64,000 nucleotides of DNA, taken from positions 336,040,001-336,104,000 of the forward strand of contig OZ024742.1 of assembly GCA_964016885.1 (NCBI GenBank), given 5' to 3'. This document shows, piece after piece, positions 1-13,581 of the stretch. Under the pieces are notes generated by a model. That model worked only from the letters and a program-made list of their open reading frames with translations, made no database searches and had not been told where the DNA came from. The stretch is from Eledone cirrhosa. Lineage: Eukaryota. A program made the translations under genes and the position numbers. How positions within the stretch are numbered: position 1 is the first letter of the stretch; each line of letters begins with the position of its first letter.

Positions 1-129
1 CCACACCACTACAGCTACTACAGCCACAACACACCACTACAACTACTACAGCTATAACACACCACTTCCACCATAACACGACAACTACAGCTACAACACA
101 TCAATTCCACCATAATACCACAACTACAG

Positions 130-1905
130 CCACATCACACCACCAGACCACTACACCACACCACAACACTATACCACGCTACATGTCTAACAGGATAAAC
201 ACAACAGTACACCATTACACCACATCACACCACCAGACCACTACACCACACCACAACACTATACCACGCTACATGTCTAACAGGATAAACACAACAGTAC
301 ACCATTACACCACATCACACCACCAGACCACTACACCACACCACAACACTATACCACACTACATGTCTAACAGGATATACACAACAGTACACCATTACAC
401 CACATCACACCACCAGACCACTACACCACAACACTATACCACACTACATGTCAAACAGGATAAACACAACAGTACACCATTACACCACATCACACCACCA
501 GACCACTACACAACACCACAACACTATACCACGCTACATGTCTAACAGGATAAACACAACAGTACACCATTACACCACATCACACCACCAGACCACTACA
601 CCACACCACAACACTATACCACACTACATGTCTAACAGGATAAACACAACAGTACACCATTACACCACATCACACCACCAGACCACTACACCACACCACA
701 ACACTATACCACGCTACATATCTAACAGGATAAACACAACAGTACACCATTACACCACATCACACCACCAGACCACTACACCACACCACAACACTATACC
801 ACACTACATGTCTAACAGGATAAACACAACAGTACACCATTACACCACATCACACCACCAGACCACTACACCACACCACAACACTATACCACACTACATG
901 TCTAACAGGATAAACACAACGGTACACCATTACACCACATCACACCACCAGACCACTACACCACACCACAACACTATACCACACTACATGTCTAACAGGA
1001 TAAACACAACAGTACACCATTACACCACATCACACCACCAGACCACTACACCACACCACAACACTATACCACACTACATGTCTAACAGGATAAACACAAC
1101 AGTACACCATTACACCACATCACACCACCAGACCACTACACCACACCACAACACTATACCACGCTACATATCTAACAGGATAAACACAACAGTACACCAT
1201 TACACCACATCACACCACCAGACCACTACACCACACCACAACACTATACCACACTACATGTCTAACAGGATAAACACAACAGTACACCATTACACCACAT
1301 CACACCACCAGACCACTACACCACACCACAACACTATACCACACTACATGTCTAATAGGATAAACACAACAGTACACCATTACACCACATCACACCACCA
1401 GACCACTACACCACACCACAACACTATACCACACTACATGTCTAACAGGATAAACACAACAGTACACCATTACACCACATCACACCACCAGACCACTACA
1501 CCACACCACAACACTATACCACACTACATGTCTAACAGGATAAACACAACAGTACACCATTACACCACATCACACCACCAGACCACTACACCACACCACA
1601 ACACTATACCACGCTACATATCTAACAGGATAAACACAACAGTACACCATTACACCACATCACACCACCAGACCACTACACCACACCACAACACTATACC
1701 ACACTACATGTCTAACAGGATAAACACAACAGTACACCATTACACCACATCACACCACCAGACCACTACACCACACCACAACACTATACCACGCTACATG
1801 TCTAACAGGATAAACACAACAGTACACCATTACACCACATCACACCACCCGACCACTACACAACACCACAACACTATACCACACTACATGTCTAACAGGA
1901 TAACC
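130..1905. repeat. 90-bp minisatellite, about 20 near-identical copies, very C/A-rich on + strand
   Basis: Unit catgtctaacaggataaacacaacagtacaccattacaccacatcacaccaccagaccactacaccacaccacaacactataccacacta recurs every 90 bp. The 529-aa ORF is simply its in-frame translation. Confidence 0.97.
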
Positions 1906-2155
1906 ACACCAAACCCCTACACAACCGTCACAAACGGCTTAACAATTCATGTACCACCAACACTAACAATAACATTTCCAATACCGTTACCACCACCGCC
2001 ACCGCCAATAGCGTTCGATTTTATTTTTCTGTTTTAGTATTACATAGATACATATATAATCTATACATTACATGAGTAGTACATACACATGAACTCAGTA
2101 GCACACACATACATACACACACACATACATACACACACACATACATACACACACA

Positions 2156-3980
2156 TCTATCTATATATTTATAAAAAGGAAGTTTGTGTGTACGCTGACC
2201 CGAAAACGGAATAGGCGGGGGCGAGTTGGGGGGAGAATTACCTGCTCTTTCTAGCACACAGATACTGTGTTCGTTGGCCATGCTATCTATAGAGAGGGAA
2301 ATACTACTCCATCTCTCACTCAATCTACCTCCGCCTCTCTCTAACTAACTAAAACTTTTCTAGGTGTTTTCGTTTGTTGTCGAACAATCTGACATCTGAC
2401 TCACTCGGCAACAACTCCTTTTTCCGAAAACGAAGGCGGGGACGGAGGAGGACCCTTGGTGTTACAGACAAGCACATCTCAGCCGTTTAAATTTATTAAA
2501 AAAGAAAACACCCACTGGAGTCGCGAAGAAAAAATTATTTTGTTTTTGTTTTTGTTTTATTCGTGTGTTTTCAACTAATCTGACCTCCAACATGCTCGCA
2601 ACCCCTCCCTACCTCTCCGAAACCGAACGGGGGGAAGGGGTGGGGGCTATAAAGTATGTGTACAAATAGGCTAACAATGGTTCCGATGCTGCTATGTTTC
2701 CACTACAAAAATGAAATATGTCCGACGAAGTGTTCAACTTCCAACATGGTCAATATATCAGCAGTAGAGAATGGGTTGCAGAGCTTGACCCTTGGATTTT
2801 CCCAGCCTTGGAGATCTCTTGTGAGGGAATATTTTTTTCTTTTCTAGGTTTTTTCGTTTGTTTTCAAGCAGCCTAACATCCAACTCACTCGTCAACGACT
2901 CCTTTTACAGAAAACGGAGGCGGTGAGGGAAGCGGGGGATCACGAAGAAATCTTTTTTCCTAGGTTTCTTCATCTGTATTCAACTAATCTGATCTCCAAC
3001 ATGTTCGCAAACGCCATCTTTTCCGAAATCGGAATTGAGGTCGGGAGTCTCTGATTTTTCCAGCCTCGGAGAAGATGACCTTCAAAATTTTATATAAGCA
3101 CCTCTTAGCCATTTAAATTAATAGAAAAACAATACCCTGATATTGAAGGATGTTTTGATCCTTCATCCTTTTCAACTGTTGTCGAAAGCGTTGTAAACTT
3201 AATTAATCAAGTGATCCCCAATTTCGAAATCCACAATTCCAATAATGAGTGGCTGTGTGAAAGAGTAATCATTGCCCCCTTAAACATCACAGTGAATGCC
3301 ATCAACAAAATCTCTCACATGATCCCTGGAGGTAGCCACACCTATAAATCTATTGCAAAATGTGTCGATGAGGACGAAGCTGTTCATTATCCCGTTGAAT
3401 TTCTCAACAGTATTGAACCATCCGGTATGCTGCCATACAACCTTGAAATGAAGAAGGGCACAGTCACCATGCTTCTCAGAAACCTGGATCAGCCATGATT
3501 GTGCAATAGGACGTGTATGGTTGTGACTGAGCTACAGCCTCACATTATCGAAGCCAAAATCGTTACTGAATGTGGTAAGGAAGACATCGTATTTATACCT
3601 AGAAGGCCGCTAATGGTTTCAAACGATTACAATTCCCAGATAGAGTAAGCTACGCAATGACCAATAACAAATCCCAATATCAAACACTGAAGGTTGTCGG
3701 TCTCCATATAGAACAGAGCTGTTTCTCACATGGTCAATAGTATGTAGGTTGTTCCAGAGTAGGAAGCCCTCTCCAACTCTTCATATATGCTCCAAAGAAA
3801 AGAATTAAAAACATTGTATATACTGAAGTTCTGTAAATGCGTTATAATTTTCGTAGAATAGATTTTTCTATTGTTTTATTCATTTCTTTCTTTAATTAGA
3901 TATTCTATATAAATTTTTTAATTATTTTATAAAATATATGATAAACGATAAACATTGATTGCCGGTTAAATTAACTATAG
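2156..3980 (+). mobile_element. Internally deleted Helitron; 3' end uncertain
   Basis: Starts a|TCTATCTATATATTTATAAAAAGGAAGTTTGTGTG, a Helitron-like 5' end. Internal sub-repeats at 2356-2440/2841-2925 and 2568-2600/2979-3010, followed by a PIF1 helicase remnant. Confidence 0.7.
3211..3836 (+). pseudogene. Helitron PIF1-like helicase C-terminal remnant with stops and frameshifts
   Basis: YPVEFLNSIEPSG...MLLRNLDQP*LCNRT...FIPR...QFP..VSYAMTNNKSQYQTL..VGL....CFSHGQ*YVGCSRV...KNIVYTEVL* matches the PIF1 helicase C-terminal motifs of RepHel proteins. Confidence 0.93.
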
Positions 3981-4120
3981 GGATATAAAATATATTTCTG
4001 GCAATATTATAACAATATGAGCCTCCCCAAATATAACAATATTTATTTCAACACACGATTTCATATCAAAAACCTTACAACACACACCACACACACACAT
4101 ATATATATATATTCATTTTA

Positions 4121-4206
4121 TTAAGGCTAAATAGTGAGTCTTGTTACTCCGAGTCTCGCCTGTTTATCAGAGGTTCATCAGACAAGAATCTTTTATTTAG
4201 CCTTAA
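4121..4206 (-). ncRNA. Degenerate type I hammerhead ribozyme with long stem I
   Basis: Minus strand: tcttgt-CTGATGA-acct..aggc-GAGA-ctcggag-TA^acaaga, with stem I extended by ttaaggctaaata/tatttagccttaa. GAAA is mutated to GAGA. Confidence 0.65.
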
Positions 4207-4274
4207 TAACATGAATATTAAAACTCTACTTCGGTATTGCGTACTCTTTTCTCTCAGCCGACAGAGAGAGAAAG

Positions 4275-4384
<110 letters not shown>

Positions 4385-4396
4385 GAGAGAGAGAGC

Positions 4397-4458
<62 letters not shown>

Positions 4459-5335
4459 TGTCGTTTGGTTAGGATCATAACCGACTTATAGCGAAACTTA
4501 TTAAAAAATAAAATAAAACAGTGGGGTGTTGATGTGAAGAGAAAGAAGAGAGGAAAAAAGAAAAGGAAGAGAAATACTCTTCATATTTCCCTCCTCAACA
4601 CCAGGACCGGATTTTGACCTTGGAAGGGGTGAGGGGACACTTCAGGTTTGGGGCACCCCTCATACACGAAAAATGAGAATACGCAGTAAAGCCCCAATTT
4701 TACATATCAAAGTGGGCTTGGTGAAACTAATTGAAATTGAAAAGTTATTCATACAATTAAATTAAAAAATCTAACCATCCTCATTTTACGTCCACTGTCC
4801 AACCTGGTATGTTGTTGGACAGGTTGTCACAGTCCGAGACCAGACATATCAGAGCGACCTTATCTTGCTCATAGATTACGTATGCCCTTCCTAACATAAC
4901 CACTCTAGAGTGTTTACTGGGTGCATTGTTTTTTACAATACCATTACAACGACTTCACACAGTTGACTAGGTATATTCTATCAAGACACCAACACGAAAT
5001 TTGATGAATTTTGCCACAGTAAGGACATTAAATACTTTTTGTTAAAGATTTAGTTCTCGTTGTCAAAGGAATAAAACTAAAAGGTCCAGCAGACGGCACA
5101 AATAAATTACTACGGCCGTTGCTGATGCCCCCTCCCCCTGCAATACATGCAACGGGGTGGGGGTGGGGGCAATTGCCTCGACCCCCCCTCTCCCTCCACA
5201 TTAAATCCGGCAATGCTCAACACACTCCCACAATCCACATGCTGCATTCTAGAAAAAGCTTCCGTTGTAGGTAGCTGGTCTCGTCGTTCAAGGCTTTATA
5301 TCACGCTACACACATATATACTATAATACATATAA

Positions 5336-5368
<33 letters not shown>

Positions 5369-5645
5369 CATACGCACACACACACACACACACATATATA
5401 TATGTATATAAACATACGTATATATATACATAGATAGATACATAATACAAATATGTGTGTGTGTGTGCGCGTGCGTGTGTGTATAAAGATAGATATACAT
5501 ACATACGTATAAGGTATTGAAAAGCGAATAAAAATTAAAAGAAATTCCAGAAAAAAAATATTTTGAAAAGGCTAACTAAAAAAATTGATATATATATATA
5601 TATATAGGTTTTTAAAATCCAATGTCAATAAATACACCAGGATTT

Positions 5646-5707
5646 TTTCATTCTGATGATTGAAAGCAAAATTTGTTTGCTTTCAAGAAACCACTGGTAA
5701 ATGAAAT
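5646..5707 (+). ncRNA. Type I hammerhead ribozyme in a (TA)n-embedded insertion (5608-5735)
   Basis: tttcatt-CTGATGA-ttgaaagcaaa[atttg]tttgctttcaa-GAAA-ccactgg-TA^aatgaaa: stem I 7 bp, stem II 11 bp, short near-palindromic stem III, GUA cleavage triplet. Confidence 0.88.
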
Positions 5708-5749
5708 AATTGCTTTATGTTGTTTATTACATAACTATATATATATATA

Positions 5750-5939
5750 TATAGGAAAAAGTATGACCCCCGACGACAGAGCTCAAGCCGTTACGACGGC
5801 TATTTCTGGAAATAGCCGTCGAAACGGCTTGAGCTCTGCCGTCGGAGTCATACTTTTTCCTATTACTCACTCTACTACCCTAAGTATTGAGTACACTGGT
5901 ACGTTATGGTCCATCTGGTTCCTTACCACAATTCCTTCG

Positions 5940-5942
<3 letters not shown>
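5750..5942 (+). mobile_element. (TA)n-embedded 'GCCGTCGAAACGGC' family element with 5' foldback; contains the 3' half of a hammerhead
   Basis: 5750-5805 is the reverse complement of 5810-5862. Motif gccgtc-GAAA-cggc-ttgagctct-gccg-TC^gg(a/g)gtc. Constant tail ending ccttcgt(ta)n. Confidence 0.8.
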
Positions 5943-5989
<47 letters not shown>

Positions 5990-5992
<3 letters not shown>

Positions 5993-6289
5993 AACGAGTA
6001 GGACCCCGACGGCTGAGCTCAAGCCGTTTCGACGGCTTATTCTGGACTAATTGTGTGTGTGTGTGAGTAGCGTTTTAACAACCGAGAAAGAGAAAGATAG
6101 ATAGCTAGAGAGAGGAGGTATATATATATATATATATATATAGTCCAGATTTAGTCCAGAATTAGCCGTCGAAACGGCTTGAGCTGAGCCGTCGGGGTCC
6201 TACTCGTTCCTATTACCCACTCTACTACCCTAAGTATTGAGTACTTTGGTGCGTTATGGTCCATCTGGTTCCTTACCACATCTCCTTCG

Positions 6290-6292
<3 letters not shown>
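5990..6292 (+). mobile_element. Second copy of the GCCGTCGAAACGGC family: inverted piece 5990-6050, forward copy 6141-6292
   Basis: Same body and tail as 5810-5942, flanked by (TA)n. Confidence 0.8.
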
Positions 6293-6351
<59 letters not shown>

Positions 6352-6976
6352 AATTCGTTATCGAACACGTCAAAAAATGGACTTATCGTAGAAGTGTGGT
6401 ACCGAACAACATCCGATTTTTGATCATCCATAGATCACATCGTCTTAAAACTGTTGCTTTGCTTGCCACACGACATTTTAAGCAGTAAGATAGCTGGCTA
6501 TACATACATACACACACGTACACACAAATACATAGACACAAAGATACACACATACATTACACTATAACTTACGGACACGAACGGACACCAGACACACACG
6601 CATACGTAGATTAACACACATGCTCCTATTCACATATACATGCATGCAATACACACACGGACACACACGGACACACATAGAATAGACAAACAGACAGATG
6701 TAAAAATTGGAAAAATCTTAACGGTAAACTTGCGTTCATCTGTCTCACCTAGCACTATATATATATATATATACACATATATATATATATATACACATAT
6801 ATATATATACACATATATATATATAAATGAAAATAGAGAAATTAATGTAAGCAAAATGCCAACAATAATTCAGACATAAGATGAAAAAATTAATAATGAA
6901 AAAATGTTTTATATATATATATACCTCCTCTCTCTAGCTTTCTATCTTTCTCTTTCTCGGTTGTTAAAACGCTACT

Positions 6977-7008
<32 letters not shown>

Positions 7009-7537
7009 AACACACTCACGCGCACACACGCACACACAGACAGAACAACACGCGGACAGACACACACACACATATATATAAACACTCATACACACACGCA
7101 GAACAACACGCGGACAGACACACACACACACACATGAAGGTTTTTAAAAAATACTTAAATGTGTGGTCATTCTCATTCATCATCATCATTATTATCACCA
7201 TAACAATACCGCTGTGAACAACAAGAACTACAACATCAACATCTCACGGTAGCAGTTTTGTCACAAAGACTAGGCGGCATTTCAAAGTGGAGTTCCTACT
7301 GGTCCATTTATCGTTCATCACTCATACACACGCCTACATACATACACGTGCCTATATATATACTCACACATTCTCAAATTACACCATACATACACATATA
7401 TATATATAAAGATACATTTATATTCATACATGTGTGCAAATATGCATACTTAATATTTACTATGCACTCATACATACACGATTACTAAAGGCAATTGTCT
7501 AACGCGCCTTCTGTCTGTTCCTATCTATCTATTTCTG

Positions 7538-7568
<31 letters not shown>

Positions 7569-8329
7569 GTCTGTCTGTCTGTCTATCTATCCGTCCATCT
7601 ATATATCTCTATCATTCACTTACATCATTTATATTACTAACTGCTCTCTCCCCTCTCTCACTTTGGTATAACTCTTTCGATTATTCCTCTCGTTCATACT
7701 CTACTCTTTCTCTTCGTTTTCCTATCTCCCACTCTCTTTCTATCCGTTTTCCTCTTTCTCCCTCCGCTTCGTTTTCCACTCTCTTTTTCTCTCTCTGACC
7801 TCTTCCTTCCACTCTTTCCCTCCTCTTTGTTTTCCTCTCTATCTCTATCTCCCTGACCTCTTCCTTCTCCTCTCTCTCACTCTCAATACTAGCTCTCATT
7901 TCGTTTCAACTACCACACAAGCGGAGCTCAGTATATACATCACTTTATTTACCACCAAAGAGAGAAAAACAACGGATATACAAACATCATATTAACAATT
8001 GTCCAGTATACACAAATTCCTTCATATTATATTCACACAAACATATTAGTAAGTGATTTATATATATACATTTATATATATATCTAATATATATATATAC
8101 ACATACGTACATATATACAAATAATACCTCGTTTTTTTTTCTTTTATTTTATATATATATATAATACACACACATACAAATATAAACTCACACACACACA
8201 CTATCACGCAGACACACTGTCTCACTCACATGCACATATATATAAAATTGGTCCCTTAAACATATACGCACATTTTGATACCTATCTAACTCGCTATCTC
8301 TACTCTCTCTTTCTAAAGGTCCCTAGCTA

Positions 8330-8383
<54 letters not shown>

Positions 8384-9353
8384 ATACACACACACTCATA
8401 TATATATAGATATATATATACATATACACTTACATGCACACTAGCATAAATGATATCTACCCACGGATACACATACATTCTGGATTTGTTGTCGAGGATA
8501 AACGCTCCAGTCAGACGCACCTGAGCGATTTTTTCGGCGCATGTCGCTCGGCTAACATTTTGCTTACCTCTCTGTTACCCCGGTTTTACTTCAATGCTGA
8601 TCCTTATCCCAAGAAAAAGAAGATGAAAAATACTTAAACATAGGAGCCAGAAAGAAAGAAAAAATATAGGGTGAGAGGTAGGGTAGTGTGTGTGTGTGTG
8701 TTTGAGTGAGTGAGTGTATGTGTGTTTGAGTGAGCGTGTGTGTGTGTGCGTGTGTGTGTTTGAGTGAGTGTATGTGTTTGAGGGTGTGTGTGGGCGTGTG
8801 AATGTGTATGTATGTGAGAGTGGGTGAACACGCAAAAGACAGAAACCGATATAATAGTGATATAATATAGCATTCATACATACAAAACACAAATAGGTAC
8901 ACACACACACACACCTGTTACACATGTGCATAGACACGAGCGTATGCACTAGCACAAACACCAACAACAATTACGACAGCAGTTCTATAATACTACAATT
9001 TTAAAAATCACCGACAAGGCAAAAGGCAACACACACACACAAGAGATAAAAAACAAAGAATACTAACCTGGATTCGAAAGTTAAACAAATCGTTTTATTA
9101 TTATTTGATAATTAGATAAAACGAGAGGAAGTACAAAATATAAGGAAGGAAAATACAAATATATTAACCACGTTTAATAAGCAACCAGTGTCTTACTTTC
9201 ATACATATACATATACAGACACAATACATACATACAAACAAACATACATACAAACATACATACATACATACATACATACATACATACATACATACATACA
9301 TTTGATATATATATATATATATTTATGCATATATTCGTTTACTAATATACACT

Positions 9354-9385
<32 letters not shown>

Positions 9386-9730
9386 GTGATCCAGAATTGT
9401 GAGTATTGTGTGTAGATTAATAAACAAGCACAGCCCGTTGCCACTATTCAAACACGCACATTACATATTACACTCGGATCCATGCACTTACACACATACA
9501 TAAACACAGTCAGAATCAGAGGTGCACACATACACACCCCCACTGCCACACATGCCACACACAGTTCACACTCGGCCAGTTGCCAGACACATATATCTCG
9601 TCGTAACACACAGACACACACACAGACACAAACATAAACACAGACACAAACAACAACAGCACACACTTTTTACATAGACTACAAAACACACCACTAATCA
9701 AAGCACTGCCCACCGACAGGTGGTGTTACT

Positions 9731-9779
<49 letters not shown>

Positions 9780-10686
9780 ATAATAGTAGTAGTACTAATA
9801 GTAGTATTATAGTGCACACATACATAAGACACGAAAAAAAAATAGCCGCTGCCGCTGTTGCTACCCCGCCACTCCATCACCACCACCCCAACACTACAGC
9901 CACCACCTTTCGCCTCCCATCCCAGCCCCTCCACCCCTACTATCGCATTCAGCGTCAGCTTCATCATCATCGCCGTCGTCGTAGTCATCATCATCATATC
10001 ATCATCAACAGCAACAGCAGCAGCAGCAGCAGCAGGACCACAAACACTGACCTTTAAGGATAATAACAAAAATTACTGGAAAGGAGACAAAAACGACGAC
10101 GGTTGATGATGATGAAGATGACGACGATGATGCGAATGATGATGATGACGATGATGATGATGAAGGTAATGATGATGATAATAATAATAACAGAACAAAA
10201 CAAGAAGGTCTTTTAATGTGCAGCATTCTTTTTCTAAGAAATCGAAAAAGTATACAATCAAAAGAAAAAATAACAAAACAAAAGCCCTGCTTCTACCCAC
10301 CCCCTACTCTTCACAAAACTCCCTTAACTGTGGAAAGAAGGTTACAAAGAATATATATATCTATATGGTTATATTCCATTCAAATGTTGATGGTTGTTGA
10401 GTCGACAGCATGATGTGAAGACATCCCTCTCCCCATATATATCAATATCAATATATATATATATATATATTGATATTGATATATATGGGGTATGTATGTA
10501 TATATATAAAAACGTATATACGCATGCATATATATATATATGTTCGTAAATATATATATGAAACTCAGGAAATAATAATAATATACGAAAACCTCAACAC
10601 CCCGCCCCAAAAAACCCCCCTTAAATCCCTAAAAGTCCAAAACCCTCTACAACCCTACCATACACGGAAAAAAGGCTGTGGCAACA

Positions 10687-10999
10687 ATGGCTAATACACC
10701 CTCACGAAACACCCCCGTGCTGGTATCTCCCTCCAAAAGTTTGGCTTCAAATGCTATGGCATATATGTCGAGCACCCCCAAACGTGGTGGATTCTTGGGC
10801 CAAAGCGGGTCCGACGAAAGGATTACACTTAATGTTGGAGGCGTCCGTCATGAAACACACGTGTCCACCCTGAAGAATTGTCCCCAAACCCGTCTCAGTA
10901 AGCTGGCGGACATACACAAGCAAACGCACCAAAAAGAGGAATATTTTTTTGATCGCCATCCAGCGGTATTTAATTCAGTTATCGATTTTTATCGAACAG
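10687..10999 (+). CDS. Shaw: First coding exon of a voltage-gated potassium channel, Shaw/Kv3-like (N-terminus and T1 tetramerisation domain)
   Basis: MANTPSR...[32 protein letters not shown]...[22 protein letters not shown] is a typical Kv3 T1 sequence. It ends at the canonical phase-1 donor ACAG|GTAAGG (intron starts at 11000). Confidence 0.92.
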
Positions 11000-11058
11000 G
11001 TAAGGGACACTTCCTTATTTACTTTGTCTATCTGTTGATCGTAAATATCCGTTGTGTG

Positions 11059-11170
<112 letters not shown>

Positions 11171-11289
11171 CTATCTTTCTTTCAGTCTTTGTCTAGTGAA
11201 GTTTCATTGTCTTTCTTTTTTCTTCTATTTTTTGCTTCTTTCTACTTTCTATCTTTCGTGAACTTTCTTTCAATTTCACTTTTGTTCAT

Positions 11290-11478
11290 AGCAGTATGTC
11301 AGCGCAGTGGATAAGGTGCACAGAACTGGTAGGAGAATTCACCATGCAATTTTGCGTTCTGCGTTCGAATCCCACCGAAGTCGATAAAATATAATGCCGG
11401 TCTTCAGGACTGGCGGTCAATATAATCGCCCCTTCTGTCTCCCCCAAAATGCGTGGCCTTGAGGTTATGTTAGAAATT
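11290..11478 (+). mobile_element. tRNA-derived SINE family A, diverged copy
   Basis: B-box gttcgaatccc, gtcgataaaat core and ggcctt..tagaaatt tail shared with other copies. Confidence 0.6.
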
Positions 11479-11770
11479 GGTATTATAATTATTGTTGTTG
11501 CTGCTTTTGTAGTGGTTATGATGGTTGGTGTGCCGACTGGTGGTATTCATATCCAATTTTCTCTAACCCACACGCTTCTTAAATGTTACACACACACACA
11601 CACACACACATACACACACGCGCACATACACACACATGCACCCCCCCACATATATATATATAGATAGATACAAACATACATTGGTATATATATATATATA
11701 TATATATGAAGTATTTCCGTAGGAAAGGTTCAGGTAAAGAGAGTGCTCTATGTAGGCTACAGAGCTTATT

Positions 11771-12021
11771 AGTTATGTAATAAACAACATACGATAATTA
11801 TTTCATTTACCAATGGTTTCTTGAAGGCAGATATTTATATCTGTCTTCAGTCGTCAGAATGAATAAATAACATGGTGTTTTTATTAAATATCCCTTGTGT
11901 GATATTTAATAAAAACACCATGTTATTTATTCATTCTGACGACTGAAGACAGATATAAATATCTGCCTTCAAAAACCATTGGTAAATGAAATAATTATCG
12001 TATGTTGTTTATTACATAACT
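11771..12021. mobile_element. Foldback (about 122-bp arms, 8-bp spacer) with a hammerhead on each arm; same family as 5608-5735
   Basis: Minus-strand HHR 11801-11865: ttcatt-CTGACGA-ctgaagacagatat..atatctgccttcaa-GAAA-ccattgg-TA^aatgaa. The plus-strand copy (11930-11990) lacks the G of GAAA. Shares the end gttgtttattacataac(ta)n. Confidence 0.9.
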
Positions 12022-12289
12022 ATATATATATAAAATATAAACATATGTATATATGAATGTAAGTAGTTATATGTATGTGTCTGTGTGTGTCAGTAGGAGC
12101 CTTCCCATTATACTTACGTACATTCACACACGCATACATACACTCATGCATACAAACATACATCCATACACGCACACGTTCATAATACACATACATACAC
12201 ACATACATACACTCATACATGCACTCGTAATCTAACGACCAAGTGTATCAATTATACAAGAAAGAACACAAAACATACCATCAGCATTT

Positions 12290-12610
12290 TTACAATACCT
12301 CTTCCATGCTTCTATGAGTTAGTCAGGTCTTCTCCAAAACATCGACTCATCACCTGTTGCTTTCTTTTGTCATGTAACTCCTTAGTGAGGTTCGGCATCG
12401 CGGAATCAGCTTTTACCATTTCTGCCGATATGTCTTCTTTGGTCTTCCTTTTATGTGGCTTTCCCCACTTTCGATATCCTGGCACTTATTTACCTAACTG
12501 TCACGATCCATACACATGTCATGCCCATACCAAGACAGTCTTCTCTCTTACACACAACATCCGATTCATCTTATACGCGGGTTTTCTCTCAAATTGGGGC
12601 TAAAATATTC
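12290..12610 (-). mobile_element. Old RTE-type LINE 3' fragment
   Basis: Minus strand shows decayed RRL.WYGH...KGRPKKT-like coding remnants. Confidence 0.45.
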
Positions 12611-12987
12611 TGTTTCTTCAGAAAAATTAGGACGTGAAATGTTATGTACTTAGGACTTTTGGAGAATGTCTTTTGGAGTTTGGGAGAATTGTGGTCCGTG
12701 TTTGATTTGCTGAATTCGGAGGGTGGGTACGGTTTGTTTGACAGGAATCACGGGTATAGGTTGGTGTTCGGTTTAGGGTATTTGTTGAGGGTTAATTGAC
12801 TGATTGGAGCAATAACAGACTTATTTACGTATGTTTGTATGTCTGTATGCATGCATGTCTGAATGTATGCATGCATGTATGAATGTATGCATGCATGTAT
12901 GAATGCATGTATGTTTGAATGTATGTATGTTTGAATGTATGTATGTTTGAATGTAGTATGTATGTATGTATGTATGTATGTATGTAT

Positions 12988-13581
12988 GTCAGGTCACCAG
13001 TTGGTGCTACTGGTAACATGTATCCCAGTACAACCTGTCTCATGGTCGGGTCGTTGGCGACTAAACTGGCAACCCCACCAAGGTTTCTTGGTGAGGAGGG
13101 TGACTTTGGACATCCTGCAGGACTAAAAACAAAACCTGTCAAATGGCAAAGGAGCTCTTAAGAGTCAATGGCCATCCCAAATCACCGGGAGAGATGACCC
13201 CTTAGCCTTTGTCAAGGCAGAATTCTAGGAGAAGGAAAACTCTGATATAACACCTGCAACCCTGATGGTATCCAATGATGTTGACTTGTTCTTCTTTTTG
13301 GTAAATATCATCTTGGTTAAGAGAGTGGGACTGGCTTTGTGCAGTGCCTTTGCTCACTATAAAAGCTTCACGGCACAGGCATTGCTTTATATCTGGACAT
13401 CTCTCTTCACTTGTCGTCACATGGTACCATGGGCCTAGCACTATGTGTCAATAAGTGTCACAAGTGTAGTGTTTGTACCAGTCGCTGGCTGGACTAAAAA
13501 GTCACTCGTTCAGCGTCATGGTAGGAGTTCTACATGGATATAGAGTAGTGGCCGTACTCGAAAACGAGTTGGCAGCCACCA
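12988..13581 (+). mobile_element. About 600-bp non-autonomous RTE-related element in (TATG)n
   Basis: Near-identical to 29323-29915. The 3' part resembles the LINE C-terminus (SLAGLKSH) and ends ctcgaaaacgag..gcagccacc(atgt)n. Confidence 0.85.

Noticed and set aside
130-1905. CRISPR-like periodicity (also 50115-50496)
   Set aside because: Whole units are identical, with no unique spacers; eukaryotic context and no cas genes.
448-2037. 529-aa His/Thr-rich ORF
   Set aside because: In-frame read-through of a 90-bp minisatellite; no unique domain, and a frameshifted copy lies upstream.
9776-10300. Poly-His/Ser/Asp ORFs upstream of the channel exon
   Set aside because: Triplet-repeat sequence. 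It may be 5' UTR, but there is no coding evidence.
12990-13075. Possible HDV-like ribozyme at the 5' end of the RTE derivative
   Set aside because: Hairpins and a CTAA motif are present, but I could not assemble P1/P1.1 by eye; a descriptor search is needed.
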